Source: a bacterium (lineage in GTDB: Bacteria > SZUA-182 > DTGQ01). Taken from it: DNA of 64,000 bases. Shown piece by piece: positions 1-10,090 of the stretch. Position 1 is the first letter of the stretch. Every line of letters starts with the position of its first letter. The stretch is taken from the NCBI GenBank assembly GCA_040752695.1, contig JBFMGO010000013.1:1-64000 (forward strand), read 5' to 3'. The position numbers and the translations under genes are program-made. Below the pieces are notes generated by a model, which saw nothing but the letters and a program-made list of their open reading frames with translations, was not told where the DNA came from and did no database searches.

Positions 1-35
1 ATTTATAAGCAGTTACAGGAATTTTCGGATAGCCT

Positions 36-254
36 CTTAGTGGTCCTATCGCTAACTATGTGACACATTAAACACGCGGCCAGATGGAGAATCAATCAGC
101 GCGATCCTCTGCGTCATTCCGGCGGAGGCTTAGAATCCAGAAGCCCTTGAAATGCTGGATTCTAAGCTTTCGCGGGAATGACACAGGCAGCTTCTTGTAT
201 TAGGAAATGGCAACCTAACGGGTACATTATTTACTTAGCGATAGGACCACTTAG
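36..254. mobile_element. MITE-like non-autonomous element with terminal inverted repeats
   Basis: 39-55 AGTGGTCCTATCGCTAA is the exact reverse complement of 235-251. CTTAG direct repeats at 36-40 and 250-254 are a candidate target duplication (alternatively TTA). No ORF inside. Confidence 0.7.
109..186. repeat. REP-like long imperfect hairpin inside the MITE
   Basis: GTCATTCCGGCGGAGGCTTAGAATCCAG ... CTGGATTCTAAGCTTTCGCGGGAATGAC; resembles the GTCATTCCCGCG...GGAATCCAG palindromic repeat class. Confidence 0.7.
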
Positions 255-976
255 TACACAGATGGGGAATTATTAGGAGGCTGGATAGAAAATATCAATG
301 ATCGTAGTCTCCTGGCCATAAGGGTAAGGGAGGACTGCCGGGAGAATCCCGCCCGTTTAGTCTATGTTTCGTCAATCTGGTCGAACTCCAAACCCTGCCC
401 TTCCTATAATAATTCTAAATTATCCATTAATCTTCAACTGGTTGTGCTCGCTAAGTCCCTTGTTGCCAAGCTGGTCCAATAATTGCGAAAGATAACATTT
501 TGAACAGGAAATCATTATGGCTGTTCGCACAAAGGTCGCTCTGGCTATTCTCACGGCAAGGAGACTATCGCTCAAAGGCGTTGTAAAGGAGACTCCATTT
601 TCAGTTGGGAAGCGATCTTTAACGACTAAGGTATGTGTAATACCAATACCGTTCGGAATAATTTATGCATAGCAGTTCTCAGCCCTTAAAAATCCAGGAG
701 CTAAAGAAAAACCAGTTTGAAATTGATCCGATTCGAAGATCAAATCAGATTTTTTAGGGGTTAGTAAATACAGGTACTTGGCAACCTAAGCAAGAAACAT
801 TCCGTACGATATTGGTGTAATACAAATGAATAATTCATGTAAACGAATCTGGTACACAATTTAAAGACACTCCGCAAGTTAAATGCAAATGAGCGGCTTG
901 TCTTTCGTCCCTCCCCCTGTTGTAATTCGGGTATCTACCAGTGAAAAGCTTACATGAAGAGTAAGAAGGGAAAAAA

Positions 977-1627
977 GTGGAAATCTGGTATGTGTTCCTG
1001 AATATGATTTTTGCAGTCTGGGTGCTTGTCGATGGGTTCCGGCGAGAAATAAATGCCATTCCCTGGTCAATTGGCACCGCACTCTTTGGGCCTATTGTTT
1101 TTCCTGTATATGTTGCCAGGCGGCCACGAAAGACCGGCGAGGACCGAAAAGACAACAGGACAGGATGGAACCGCCTTAATAACTTTGCCTATTTCGGGAT
1201 CATCGTTTTCTGGACCATCCTGTTGACAGCGGCTGGCATCTGGAAGGACAAATCCGCCACCAGCGCTTCAGAGGAAAGTCCCGAATATAAGCTCGCAGTT
1301 CTCAATACTAAACAGTATATTCACCAGGACGACGATACTACTGTCCGTTTTCACTCTTTACTTGACCAGTTAGCGGAGCACTATGTTGAAGACCGTCAGC
1401 AAATTGTGAATATATCCATCATAGCTCATAAGCGGTTGAAAGCATGCGGTGTAAGGGATAAATCAATGATGGATATCATGGAAGGCATGAACAAAGTCTT
1501 TGGCTACAGCGGCTTAAAAAATCAAAAGTATGCTGAATATGCTTCCCTTTATGTCAGGTTGAGAAGCGGGGGACAATCCCATAAAGAGGCTGTCGAAGGG
1601 CTCCAGGCTCTCGTGAGAGGTTACTGA
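977..1627 (+). CDS. Hypothetical membrane protein (about 3 N-terminal TM segments, soluble helical C-terminus)
   Basis: 216 aa ORF, GTG start with purine-rich upstream sequence; W-x-IGT-x-LFGPIVFPVY-x-A-x-RP hydrophobic motif. Confidence 0.75.
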   Translation: MEIWYVFLNMIFAVWVLVDGFRREINAIPWSIGTALFGPIVFPVYVARRPRKTGEDRKDNRTGWNRLNNFAYFGIIVFWTILLTAAGIWKDKSATSASEESPEYKLAVLNTKQYIHQDDDTTVRFHSLLDQLAEHYVEDRQQIVNISIIAHKRLKACGVRDKSMMDIMEGMNKVFGYSGLKNQKYAEYASLYVRLRSGGQSHKEAVEGLQALVRGY

Positions 1628-1826
1628 GAGTGTCATTTTATTGAGAGGGTTATTGTGGGATTATTGTGGAGATATTGAGATATTGAGATATTGAGAAGAT
1701 ACTGAGGGATTATCAAGAGGTTACTGAAGAAATTTTTAAAGAAAACGGGTAAACTGATTCTATAATCCGGTGAAATAGGCGTAACGAGTTTTCTACTTCC
1801 TTCATTTCCTGACGAAAGCCGTAAAA

Positions 1827-3200
1827 GTGATGAATAAAAAATCCCTTTCCGTGACACTTGCAGTCTTAATGCTGGGGGGGGTCATTTCATTTTGTGTTCC
1901 AGGTTCAGCAGAAGAAACAAAAAACAATAATATCGGGACGAGCGAGCATTCCGGGCGGAGACGATATCAAAAGCAGCCCCCTCCTTGTGATCTGCCATGC
2001 AACTTGGACAAGGATGGCAAGGATAAAGATAGTAAGAATGAAGATAATGAAGATAACCAAGGTAATGGAATCCCGGTTAAGATTAAGCAAAAAGATGCCC
2101 AAATTGAACTTGGGGGGGCTTTGATATGGAATTTCCATTACTTTAACGGAGCTCACAGTAAGAATATCCAAAAGGGCCATCCATGGTATAGCGAGTCAGA
2201 GTTGAGGCAGGCATCTATTAACCTGAAAAGCAAATTCAATAAAAACTGGCAGGCAGAACTTCAAGTCAGCTTTAACGACGATGCAGATCCAGGCTCGGAA
2301 ATCGATGACGCTGCTATTAAATTCACCGGATGGGATGATATTAATCTGATCATGGGAAAGGCCAAGGAACCATTTGGCCTGGAAGAATTGAACAGTTCCG
2401 GGGATATTACCGCCAATGAGCGATCTATGGCAACAAGTGCCTTTGCACCGGGTCGTCACCCTGGTCTGGGATTATTCGCAGATATGGGCCGTTTTACCTG
2501 GGCGATTGGTGTCTACAAGGCTATTGACCGCGAAGATAAGGGGGATACCTATGCCCTGACCGGCCGTTTGACTTTTGCTCCCTGGCAACACAAAAGCGGT
2601 GTGCTTCATTTAGGCCTTGCAGGGTCTGTGAGAGACTTTAGCGGTGAAAAATACGAAATCAAAGAGCGTGCCGAGGTGCACACCGCAGAAAAAGTTGTTG
2701 TCAGCAGCAAAATCCTGGCGGATACGGTCAGTCTTTTCGAGTTGGAGGCAGCCTGGGTTAAAGGACCCTTCTCACTGCAAGCAGAATACATGGCCGCATC
2801 GATAGAAGCGGATATCGGCGACAATGCAACCTATGCAGGGTATTACCTGCTCGGCAGTTATTGTTTAACGGGAGAATCCCGCCCATACAAAAATGGGACT
2901 TTTAGTGGGATCAAACCGAAATCCCGGTACGGTGCCGTTGAACTGATGTCCCGTTACAGCATCCTGGATGCTGAAGGTAAAAGTACGGACCCACACCGTA
3001 ATACTCCCGGAGTCAAGGCTGTTAACCTTACCTTTGGTGTGAATTATTATATAAACGAACAGGTGCGCCTGACAGCCAACTACATCGATACGAGACTTAC
3101 AGGTGATACATCGGATGCATCGAATGATAAAGATAGTGATGAAGACAGCAATAAAGACAGCGCAAATGCAATTTCCTTCCGTGTGCAATACAGTTTCTAG
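1827..3200 (+). CDS. Phosphate-selective porin, OprO/OprP family
   Basis: Signal peptide; motifs ELRQA, GKAKEPFGLEELNSS, ERS, E-x-AWVKGPFSLQAEY, LTGESRPY, YGAVEL-x-x-RYS, TFGVNYY; ends in the barrel signature RVQYSF. Confidence 0.9.
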   Translation: MMNKKSLSVTLAVLMLGGVISFCVPGSAEETKNNNIGTSEHSGRRRYQKQPPPCDLPCNLDKDGKDKDSKNEDNEDNQGNGIPVKIKQKDAQIELGGALIWNFHYFNGAHSKNIQKGHPWYSESELRQASINLKSKFNKNWQAELQVSFNDDADPGSEIDDAAIKFTGWDDINLIMGKAKEPFGLEELNSSGDITANERSMATSAFAPGRHPGLGLFADMGRFTWAIGVYKAIDREDKGDTYALTGRLTFAPWQHKSGVLHLGLAGSVRDFSGEKYEIKERAEVHTAEKVVVSSKILADTVSLFELEAAWVKGPFSLQAEYMAASIEADIGDNATYAGYYLLGSYCLTGESRPYKNGTFSGIKPKSRYGAVELMSRYSILDAEGKSTDPHRNTPGVKAVNLTFGVNYYINEQVRLTANYIDTRLTGDTSDASNDKDSDEDSNKDSANAISFRVQYSF

Positions 3201-3285
3201 CCATTGAGATCATGGAATTTCTCTTTATTCGTAACCACTGAGATTCTGGTATCATTCTTCTCCATGCTGCGCGCTGCTACGACTT

Positions 3286-3391
3286 ATATCCTGCATCCCT
3301 CATCCTGCATCCCGCATCCTGCACCCCGCATTCTGCACCCCGCATTCTGCACGCCGCATTCCGCGTCCTGCATCCCGCATCCCACCCTGCG
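3286..3391. repeat. Degenerate heptamer tandem repeat (CATCCTG/CATCCCG/CATTCTG)
   Basis: About 14 imperfect 7-bp units, intergenic downstream of the porin gene. Confidence 0.85.
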
Positions 3392-3489
3392 TACAAAAAA
3401 GGACGAGTTCCGTCGCGCCCTTTATCTGGCATAGGAGGGGTTACTTTCATGGATAAGGAAAAACCAGGTCATTATCACATCATTATCAC

Positions 3490-3530
3490 ATTCGACCCTT
3501 TGTGACTGTGAGTCGCCCGTACAGTCGAGT
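3490..3530 (+). promoter_or_regulatory. Putative enhancer (UAS) for a sigma54 activator, copy 1
   Basis: Contains CGCCCGTACAGTCG (3514-3527); its reverse complement aligns without gaps to the motifs at 17216, 23517 and 25500. Confidence 0.6.
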
Positions 3531-3605
3531 TCAATATAAAAGCCTGCGCTGTAGTGAAACTGGATTATTGATTAACTTTCAATACATTGTATGCTTGGCG
3601 GAAGT

Positions 3606-3620
3606 TGGCACAATAATTGG
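3606..3620 (+). promoter_or_regulatory. Putative sigma54 (-24/-12) promoter for the Gly/Trp-rich protein gene
   Basis: TGGCACAATAATTGG: perfect -24 box, GG-N10 spacing, -12 is GG instead of GC. Confidence 0.6.
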
Positions 3621-3936
3621 AAAAAGAATAATCAACAGGCAGTTTCAAGATGGCGTCAATGCTATGAGGACTGCCGTTTTAGGGAGAAATAATTCTCACG
3701 GAGCGAATTGCGGTACGTACAGTATAGAGTGTAATTGTAGATTGTGAAGGGGGGGATGATCAAAAGCCATAAACACAAGCTCGTGAGTGACTCCCAGGTA
3801 TTTTTTCAAAAAACGCATGTTCACCTGGTTAGGAAGAGACTGGAATTTTAAAGGCGCTGCATGACGCTGCATGGTACTGATCAATCAACCGAATTCGAAT
3901 TTTGAACAAATACTTATGAAGAGGATTTATCGAATT

Positions 3937-5298
3937 ATGAAGAGGAAGATATTTTTTGCCGTTTTCATTGTAAGCATAGCCATGCTCTTTGTCTCAGGTT
4001 CATCGATTTGCTCTAATGTGCAGGCCCAGGGCGGATGGGGAGGGCCATTCCAGACAGGCGGTGGCGCGTGGAGTTCCCAGTATTGGGGGTATGGCGGTGG
4101 AAGTCCCTTTATGGGTTATCCCTCCTCCCCTGCGGGGAGGGCCCCTTCGATGGGATACTCCTCCTATCCTTCGATGAGTTACACGGGAAACTTTACGCCG
4201 GTCCCTGTTAACATCGCTCTGCCGGTTTCAACAACTTCGGCTGCAAGCTCAACTACGGTAGAGCCAGCATTTGCCGGGAGTAGTGATGCCTGGCAGGCAT
4301 TTATAACGCAATTACAGGAAAAGTACCCCGATCTTGAAGGTGTAGATTGGGAAAACTCGGAAAACTGGACTGACGATGACTGGAAGCAACTGCGAGAAGC
4401 ATTATCAGAAGAAAGAAGCGCTCAGACACTCCAGAAGTTTATCGATAATTTGACTGAAAAATGGGACAGCTACGGCCTTTCCGACTGGGAAGAATTCAAC
4501 AGCAATTGGAACGCCTTCATTATAGATGTCCAAGCCGATGAAGATGATGATACTGCACTTACCTGGGCCGGTTTTCGAATTACCTACGGCTGCTTTGATA
4601 ATTCCGATCCTGAGAGCGGACCTGATCCTGATGATGTAAATTGCTGGCAGTCCTATGGTACATGGACGAATAAGCAATGGACAGATTTTCGCGGGTTATA
4701 CAATCGCTACGTTGACCATGAATGGCGAGAATTTTGCGAGATACTTCAGGCAAAATGGAATGATTACAATACCATAGACTGGGCAGATTGGCGCGGCTGG
4801 ACTGATGCGGATTGGGAAAAATGCCTTGCACAACTGAGCAGCTCCAGCAACAGAAGCAGTGCCGCACTGGTTAACTCTAATCTGGTGAGTTCTGGCCCTG
4901 GGTACGCATTCGGTCTTGATGCAGGCATAGGATACGCGGGCTGGGGTTTTTCGAGTGTTCCCGGTATGGGATACTCCGGCTGGAGTACCCCCAACAATAT
5001 GGGATATACTGTCAGCCCCGGTATAGGATACGCTTCTTTTAGTGCTCCCAGTGTCAATACAGCTCCCGGTGCCCTCAATGGAGGATTCTCCGGTTGGGGC
5101 GGGCCTGGATACGGATGGGGTGTCTCCAGTGAAGGATACACTGGCAGGAGCGCTAGCAGTGCTCCGAGCGTGGGATACGCTGGCTGGGGTTATTCGAATA
5201 CTGGCGGCATGGGATACTCCGGTTGGGGTGCTCCCGGCGGCTTCAGTGGGGGATACTCCGGTTGGGGTGTTCCCGGTGGAGGATTCTTTGGCTGGTAG
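3937..5298 (+). CDS. Secreted low-complexity protein: GY(S/A)GWG repeats flanking Trp/Asp-rich helical repeats
   Basis: MKRKIFFAVFIV...VQA signal peptide at 3937 (ORF track starts at 3871; alternative ATG 3916); repeated GYSGWG/GYAGWG; central W-x-x-W-T-D-x-D-W repeats. Confidence 0.8.
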   Translation: MKRKIFFAVFIVSIAMLFVSGSSICSNVQAQGGWGGPFQTGGGAWSSQYWGYGGGSPFMGYPSSPAGRAPSMGYSSYPSMSYTGNFTPVPVNIALPVSTTSAASSTTVEPAFAGSSDAWQAFITQLQEKYPDLEGVDWENSENWTDDDWKQLREALSEERSAQTLQKFIDNLTEKWDSYGLSDWEEFNSNWNAFIIDVQADEDDDTALTWAGFRITYGCFDNSDPESGPDPDDVNCWQSYGTWTNKQWTDFRGLYNRYVDHEWREFCEILQAKWNDYNTIDWADWRGWTDADWEKCLAQLSSSSNRSSAALVNSNLVSSGPGYAFGLDAGIGYAGWGFSSVPGMGYSGWSTPNNMGYTVSPGIGYASFSAPSVNTAPGALNGGFSGWGGPGYGWGVSSEGYTGRSASSAPSVGYAGWGYSNTGGMGYSGWGAPGGFSGGYSGWGVPGGGFFGW

Positions 5299-5408
5299 AC
5301 TTTTATAAAGCAGGCGGCAATGGTGTAAGAAAGGCTTTCAGTCCTTCCCAAAACACCGGAACGATGCCAGTGCCACCCGCTTTTTGGCGGAAAAAGCGGG
5401 TTTGCCTC

Positions 5409-5443
5409 AAGGGGGGACAGATTTTAAATCTGTCCCCCCTTTT
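5409..5443 (+). terminator. Perfect hairpin with T tail (terminator or REP-like palindrome)
   Basis: AAGGGGGGACAGATTT-T-AAATCTGTCCCCCCTT followed by T-rich sequence. Confidence 0.65.
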
Positions 5444-5593
5444 AACCTTTTAAAATCAGTCTTCCCTCTCCCCACCCATCTATTGAAAAAGAAACTGTAC
5501 AGGGAAAATTTTCCTGGGCAACAATACAGGCAAGGAGAAGGATGCAAACATGAAAGAGAAAAATTAGGGTACAATCATGAAAGAGAGAAACAG

Positions 5594-6313
5594 GTGATTG
5601 AAAGAGAAGGGCTGCAACTGAGACATGAGTTGAAGTACTACATCGACCCTCCGCAGTATAGAATCCTTCGAAGCAGGATGGCCGCGTTATTGCCGATGGA
5701 CCCGTATGCAGGGCCTGATGGACGCTATCATATCAGGAGCCTGTACTTCGATGATTTCAGGAACTCCGCCCTCTTCGATAAGCAGGCTGGTGTTGCCAGG
5801 CGGAAGAAATACCGGATGCGTATTTATAATTACAGTGATGCAGTAATCAAGCTCGAGCGCAAAACCAAGCTGAACGAGTACATAGGCAAGGAGAGCGTAA
5901 GGCTCACCAGGGAGGAAGCAGACCGCATACTGGCTGGTGATGTCGCCTTCCTGGCCCGCTCTGAAAAACGCCTGCTCAGGATCTTTTATCTGGAGTACCG
6001 CTGCAACCTCCTGCGGCCTAATGTACTGGTAGACTATCACCGTGAGGCGTATGTTTATCCGCTGGGCAATGTCCGGATCACTTTCGATATCAACGTGCAT
6101 ACGGGGCTTGGCTCTATGGCGATCTTCGATCGCGATGCCTTTACCGTCGGAGCCATCGAGGAGCCTGGCACAATTCTTGAGATCAAGTTTGATAATTTCC
6201 TTCCTCAAGTTATCCAAGGCCTGTTTCCAAGCACGATTCGGCCGCGGTTAACGATCGGGAAGTTCGTCATTTGTAAAAAGCACTCCAAATATAACGAGTG
6301 GGAGGATAATTAG
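5594..6313 (+). CDS. VTC-domain (polyphosphate polymerase domain, CYTH/TTM-like) protein
   Basis: RHELKY, Y-x-IRSLYFD, RKKYRMRIY, KLERK-x-K, VDYHREAY, VRITFD, ILEIKF motifs. Probable GTG start at 5594; the ORF track extends to 5384 through a hairpin. Confidence 0.92.
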   Translation: MIEREGLQLRHELKYYIDPPQYRILRSRMAALLPMDPYAGPDGRYHIRSLYFDDFRNSALFDKQAGVARRKKYRMRIYNYSDAVIKLERKTKLNEYIGKESVRLTREEADRILAGDVAFLARSEKRLLRIFYLEYRCNLLRPNVLVDYHREAYVYPLGNVRITFDINVHTGLGSMAIFDRDAFTVGAIEEPGTILEIKFDNFLPQVIQGLFPSTIRPRLTIGKFVICKKHSKYNEWEDN

Positions 6314-6982
6314 GTGCTTACCTTAGAAGAGTTATTCAATGTATTGAATAACATGTCCCAGGCCAACAAGTCTCTCACGGTGTCGAGGGTGATTCTGACA
6401 CTGCTGCTCACCTTTATCGTTGCTCAATTCATGTTTTATGTCTATCGCAAGACCTTCAAAGGGGTTCTCTATACCAGAAACTTCAATGTCGGCCTGGTAA
6501 TGATTGCCCTGGTGACAGCGTTGGTTATCATGCCCATCAGTTCCAACATTTTCCTCTCTCTTGGGATGGTAGGAGCCCTCAGCATTGTGCGTTTTCGCAC
6601 TGCCGTCAAGGATCCCATTGATACGGTGTTCCTGTTTTGGGCTATAGGGGTGGGGCTTTGCTGTGGAGCAGGTTTCTACATAGTGGGTATCGTAGGAAGC
6701 CTCATGATCGGGCTCTTCCTGTTCCTGATGAACCAGGTGGACTTAACCGGCGCTGAACCTTACCTCCTGGTAGTCCACTATGAAAATGGTGCCGAGGGAG
6801 CGCTTCAGGATGTCCTCCCTGCACACAAACTGAAGTCTCAAACCATAACCGCTGCCGGAGTGGAATTGATGATCGAGGTACGTATGAAAGCAAAAGATGC
6901 CACCGGCGTGGATAATCTGCTGAGAATCAAAGGAGTGAAAGATGCCGCTCTCATCAGCTATAATGGTGACTATGTATCTTGA
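6314..6982 (+). CDS. DUF4956 family membrane protein
   Basis: LSLGMVGALSIVRFRTAVKDP-x-D-x-x-FLFWAI-x-x-G signature; starts immediately after the VTC stop codon. Confidence 0.92.
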   Translation: MLTLEELFNVLNNMSQANKSLTVSRVILTLLLTFIVAQFMFYVYRKTFKGVLYTRNFNVGLVMIALVTALVIMPISSNIFLSLGMVGALSIVRFRTAVKDPIDTVFLFWAIGVGLCCGAGFYIVGIVGSLMIGLFLFLMNQVDLTGAEPYLLVVHYENGAEGALQDVLPAHKLKSQTITAAGVELMIEVRMKAKDATGVDNLLRIKGVKDAALISYNGDYVS

Positions 6983-7024
6983 TAACGTAGGATTTTTTTC
7001 CCTTTCAGGTGGGGTCTTAAGAAA

Positions 7025-7930
7025 GTGAAAATTTTGAATAGAAATAGTATTATTTTAAAAATATTCATTATGACTTTATTTCTCCTGGTTATGGTTACGA
7101 CCAGTAAGCTCGTTTTTAAATATGGTACTATTATTGATAACCTTCAATCTATCCAGATTGAAGATATCAACTTCCCCTATGATTTACACAATCCCTCAAA
7201 TAAATTCAAACTGCCTCATGAGTTGGATGAAATTTCCGGTTTATCCTATTTAAGACAGAACGAACTGGTGTGTATACAGGATGAGAAAGAAGCTGTTTAT
7301 GTATTCGATATTGCTAAAGAAAAAATAATCAATGCCTGTAAGTACGGAAAATCGGGAGATTGTGAAGACGTTGCGGTCGTGAAAAATACTATCTACGTTT
7401 TGGAAAGCAACGGCCATATCTACGAAATAGAAAAATTCGAGAAAAAAAATCACAGAGTGAAAAGGTACAAGGCCCTGGTATTATCGAAGGAAAATAACAC
7501 CGAAGGATTGGCTTTTGATGAGGGATCCTATTCATTGCTGATTACCTGTAAAGGTTCCCAGGAGATTGAAGAGCAGGATGTTAACCTAAGGGGGAAAAAA
7601 GCGATCTACCGGTTTGACTTGAATACAAAAAAGATTTCTCCTAAACCGGCTTACGCAATTAATGTAAAAAATATGGGTGGGGGAACTTTTCAACCGTCAG
7701 GGATTGCAGTCCATCCAATAACGAGACAGATTTACATGATTTCTTCGGTTGACAAAACGCTCCTTGCTTTGAATCAGCAAGGAAAAATTATAGCGGTTGA
7801 AAAGTTAAATAGAAAAATTTTCAAACAGCCGGAAGGAATTTGCTTTAATTCTCATGGAGATTTGTTTATTTCAAATGAAAGCAGAGATGATGGTAAAGCA
7901 AATATACTGGAATTTAAATACAAGCAATAA
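7025..7930 (+). CDS. SdiA-regulated/YjiK-like beta-propeller protein, membrane-anchored
   Basis: EISGL, IQDE, GDCEDVA, NTEGL, FQPSGIAVHP, QPEGICF, LFISNE blade motifs; N-terminal TM segment. Confidence 0.8.
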   Translation: MKILNRNSIILKIFIMTLFLLVMVTTSKLVFKYGTIIDNLQSIQIEDINFPYDLHNPSNKFKLPHELDEISGLSYLRQNELVCIQDEKEAVYVFDIAKEKIINACKYGKSGDCEDVAVVKNTIYVLESNGHIYEIEKFEKKNHRVKRYKALVLSKENNTEGLAFDEGSYSLLITCKGSQEIEEQDVNLRGKKAIYRFDLNTKKISPKPAYAINVKNMGGGTFQPSGIAVHPITRQIYMISSVDKTLLALNQQGKIIAVEKLNRKIFKQPEGICFNSHGDLFISNESRDDGKANILEFKYKQ

Positions 7931-7984
7931 CCTAAGTACAAGCAATAACTTAAATACAAACGATAACTTAAATACAAACGATAA
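7913..7984 (+). repeat. 4 x 18-bp tandem repeat of the gene 3' end including the stop codon
   Basis: TTTAAATACAAGCAATAA / CCTAAGTACAAGCAATAA / CTTAAATACAAACGATAA x2. Confidence 0.9.
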
Positions 7985-8173
7985 CATAGATGAGCATCGC
8001 TCCACGATTCACCTTTCATTGCAAAAACCCATCCCATGCACTCCATCATGCAACTCCTCAATTTTCATAGTTGTCACCGGAAATTATCAATTGTCATCAG
8101 AAGTTATCAGTTTTCATCAGAGCTTATCAAGGGAGACCGCATTATTATAAAAAAGTCAGGAGACATCATCCTT

Positions 8174-9853
8174 ATGAAAAGGTTAATTGCTGTTATTATG
8201 CTTACATTCATCTGCCTGCATACTCCCGCCACATATGGTGGAAAAGCTGAGGCGCTTTTTGAAAATGCTGCTCCTGCCGGGGCCAGCCTGGCGTCTATCC
8301 AATTCACCAAGCTCTTCATCAACGAATTCATGGCCGATAACAAAACCACTGTTAAAGACGCCGACGACAAGTCGGGGAGCTTTGAAGATTGGATCGAGCT
8401 GTACAATGCCGATACCAGTGCCATTGATCTTGGCGGAATATACCTGACCGATAACCTGACCAACCCGACTAAATGGCAAGTCCCTGTGGGGGTTATCATT
8501 CCCTCTGGCGGCTATCTGCTTTTCTGGGCAGATGAAGATGAAAAGCAGGGGAATACGCATACCAACTTCAAACTGAGCAAGGACGGGGAGGCAATTGCCA
8601 TTATAGGGAAAGATGGTGTGACGGTAATAGACTCAATCGCATTCGGAGCCCAGATCATAGACGTTTCTTATGGTCGGTACCCTAACGGCAAAGCCGACTG
8701 GGGATTCATGAAAGCGACGCCGGGTGCTGCAAACAATCTGCATAATGCCCCGCCGGAAATAAGCGGTACGATGCACGCACCCCCGTCGCCTGCCAAAACC
8801 GATCAGGTTTTTGTAACAGCTACGGTTACGGACAAAGACGGTGCTGTTGCGGATGTTACACTTACCTATATGGCAGCGGGCAGCAAAGCGGTGATCGTCA
8901 GGATGTATGATGACGGCACACACTCCGATGCCGGAGCCGGTGACGGCCTTTTCGGCGCCGGCATTCCCGCTTTCGGCCAGGATACGGTTTTAAACTACTC
9001 TATAACCGCAACCGACAATCTCGGGGCTCAATCAACGGCCCCTCCAGCAGCACCGAAAGTGACCTTCACCTATGTCGTTGGTTATACGCCACCTTTGATC
9101 TACATCAACGAGTTCATGGCAGACAGCAATGCCAGTGTCAATTCAAGCATGAATGCTAGTGTCAATTCAAGCATGAATACCAGCCGCTCCAGCATAAATG
9201 TAACCCACAATACCGCCAATGGCACAACGGGAAACGAGGATTGGATCGAGCTATATAATGGTGGTACCAGTTCCGTCGATCTCGGCGGCATGTACCTGAC
9301 CGACAAGCTGGCCGACCGGACCCAGTGGCGGATTCCCGAAGGCGTTACCATTCCTGCCGACGGTCATCTGCTGTTCTGGGCAGATGGCAACAACGAGCAG
9401 GGTAGCATGCATGCCAGCTTCAAACTCAGCAAGGACGGTGAGGCGATTGGACTATTCGATACGGATGTAAAGGGGAATATGCCCGTTGACACGGTAACGT
9501 TCGGGGAACAGGTTGCGAACCTTTCCTGTGGAAGAATTTACGATGGCGCAGAGCCCTGGGTGCTTTCTGAAAATGCCACTCCCGGCACCCCGAATTTTTT
9601 CCCCGCCGGGATGGATAGTTTTATATGGAAATTTTCCTATATCATAGACAGTTATACGATTATACAAAAATTCCCCGGCAGCGTAAATGCCATCAAAGGG
9701 ATGAATACGGATTCAGATCAGTGGGAAGCCGCTTATCCCCTCTGGGGGAATCCAGCAGGCGTTCATTTCCCTGTGATGCCAGATGGTATCTATTACCTAT
9801 CAGTAACCTCGCCAAACTCTGTCTGCTTTAAAGGAAACGTGTTCAGCAAATGA
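8174..9853 (+). CDS. Secreted protein with two lamin-tail domains and a central DDG-x-H-x-D-x-x-AGDG (choice-of-anchor X-like) domain
   Basis: INEFMAD...DWIELYN...LTD...LFWAD...FKLSKDGE...TPG twice; signal peptide from ATG 8174 (track start 8036). Confidence 0.85.
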   Translation: MKRLIAVIMLTFICLHTPATYGGKAEALFENAAPAGASLASIQFTKLFINEFMADNKTTVKDADDKSGSFEDWIELYNADTSAIDLGGIYLTDNLTNPTKWQVPVGVIIPSGGYLLFWADEDEKQGNTHTNFKLSKDGEAIAIIGKDGVTVIDSIAFGAQIIDVSYGRYPNGKADWGFMKATPGAANNLHNAPPEISGTMHAPPSPAKTDQVFVTATVTDKDGAVADVTLTYMAAGSKAVIVRMYDDGTHSDAGAGDGLFGAGIPAFGQDTVLNYSITATDNLGAQSTAPPAAPKVTFTYVVGYTPPLIYINEFMADSNASVNSSMNASVNSSMNTSRSSINVTHNTANGTTGNEDWIELYNGGTSSVDLGGMYLTDKLADRTQWRIPEGVTIPADGHLLFWADGNNEQGSMHASFKLSKDGEAIGLFDTDVKGNMPVDTVTFGEQVANLSCGRIYDGAEPWVLSENATPGTPNFFPAGMDSFIWKFSYIIDSYTIIQKFPGSVNAIKGMNTDSDQWEAAYPLWGNPAGVHFPVMPDGIYYLSVTSPNSVCFKGNVFSK

Positions 9854-10090
9854 TAAACACCCCTCTTACGTAACTAACTGCATGAAGAGTAATAATAATT
9901 TTAAGGAATAATAATGAAGAATTTCTCTTTCAATTTACACAAAAAGAAGTAAAAAGGCTTATAATCCAGGGAGTAAGAGATGGTTCCATCGAAATAGATA
10001 GGTTACATACTGATATACAAAAGACAATAAAAGATGAAATTGGCTGATTCATCTATACACAGCCCTCCAGCAACAATGAGCGGGCTCGAT

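Noticed and set aside
3470..3491. 11-bp direct repeat CATTATCACAT x2 (and TGTCAT-containing repeats at 8080-8130) as Pho boxes
   Set aside because: Poor match to CTGTCAT, and short tandem duplications are ubiquitous in this window, so they are not diagnostic.
5384..5593. N-terminal 70 aa of the VTC ORF in the track
   Set aside because: It runs through a terminator-like hairpin and tandem repeats; family motifs begin only after GTG 5594.
7913..7984. 18-bp repeats as CRISPR or iterons
   Set aside because: They are head-to-tail copies of the upstream gene's last six codons; no spacers and no rep gene.
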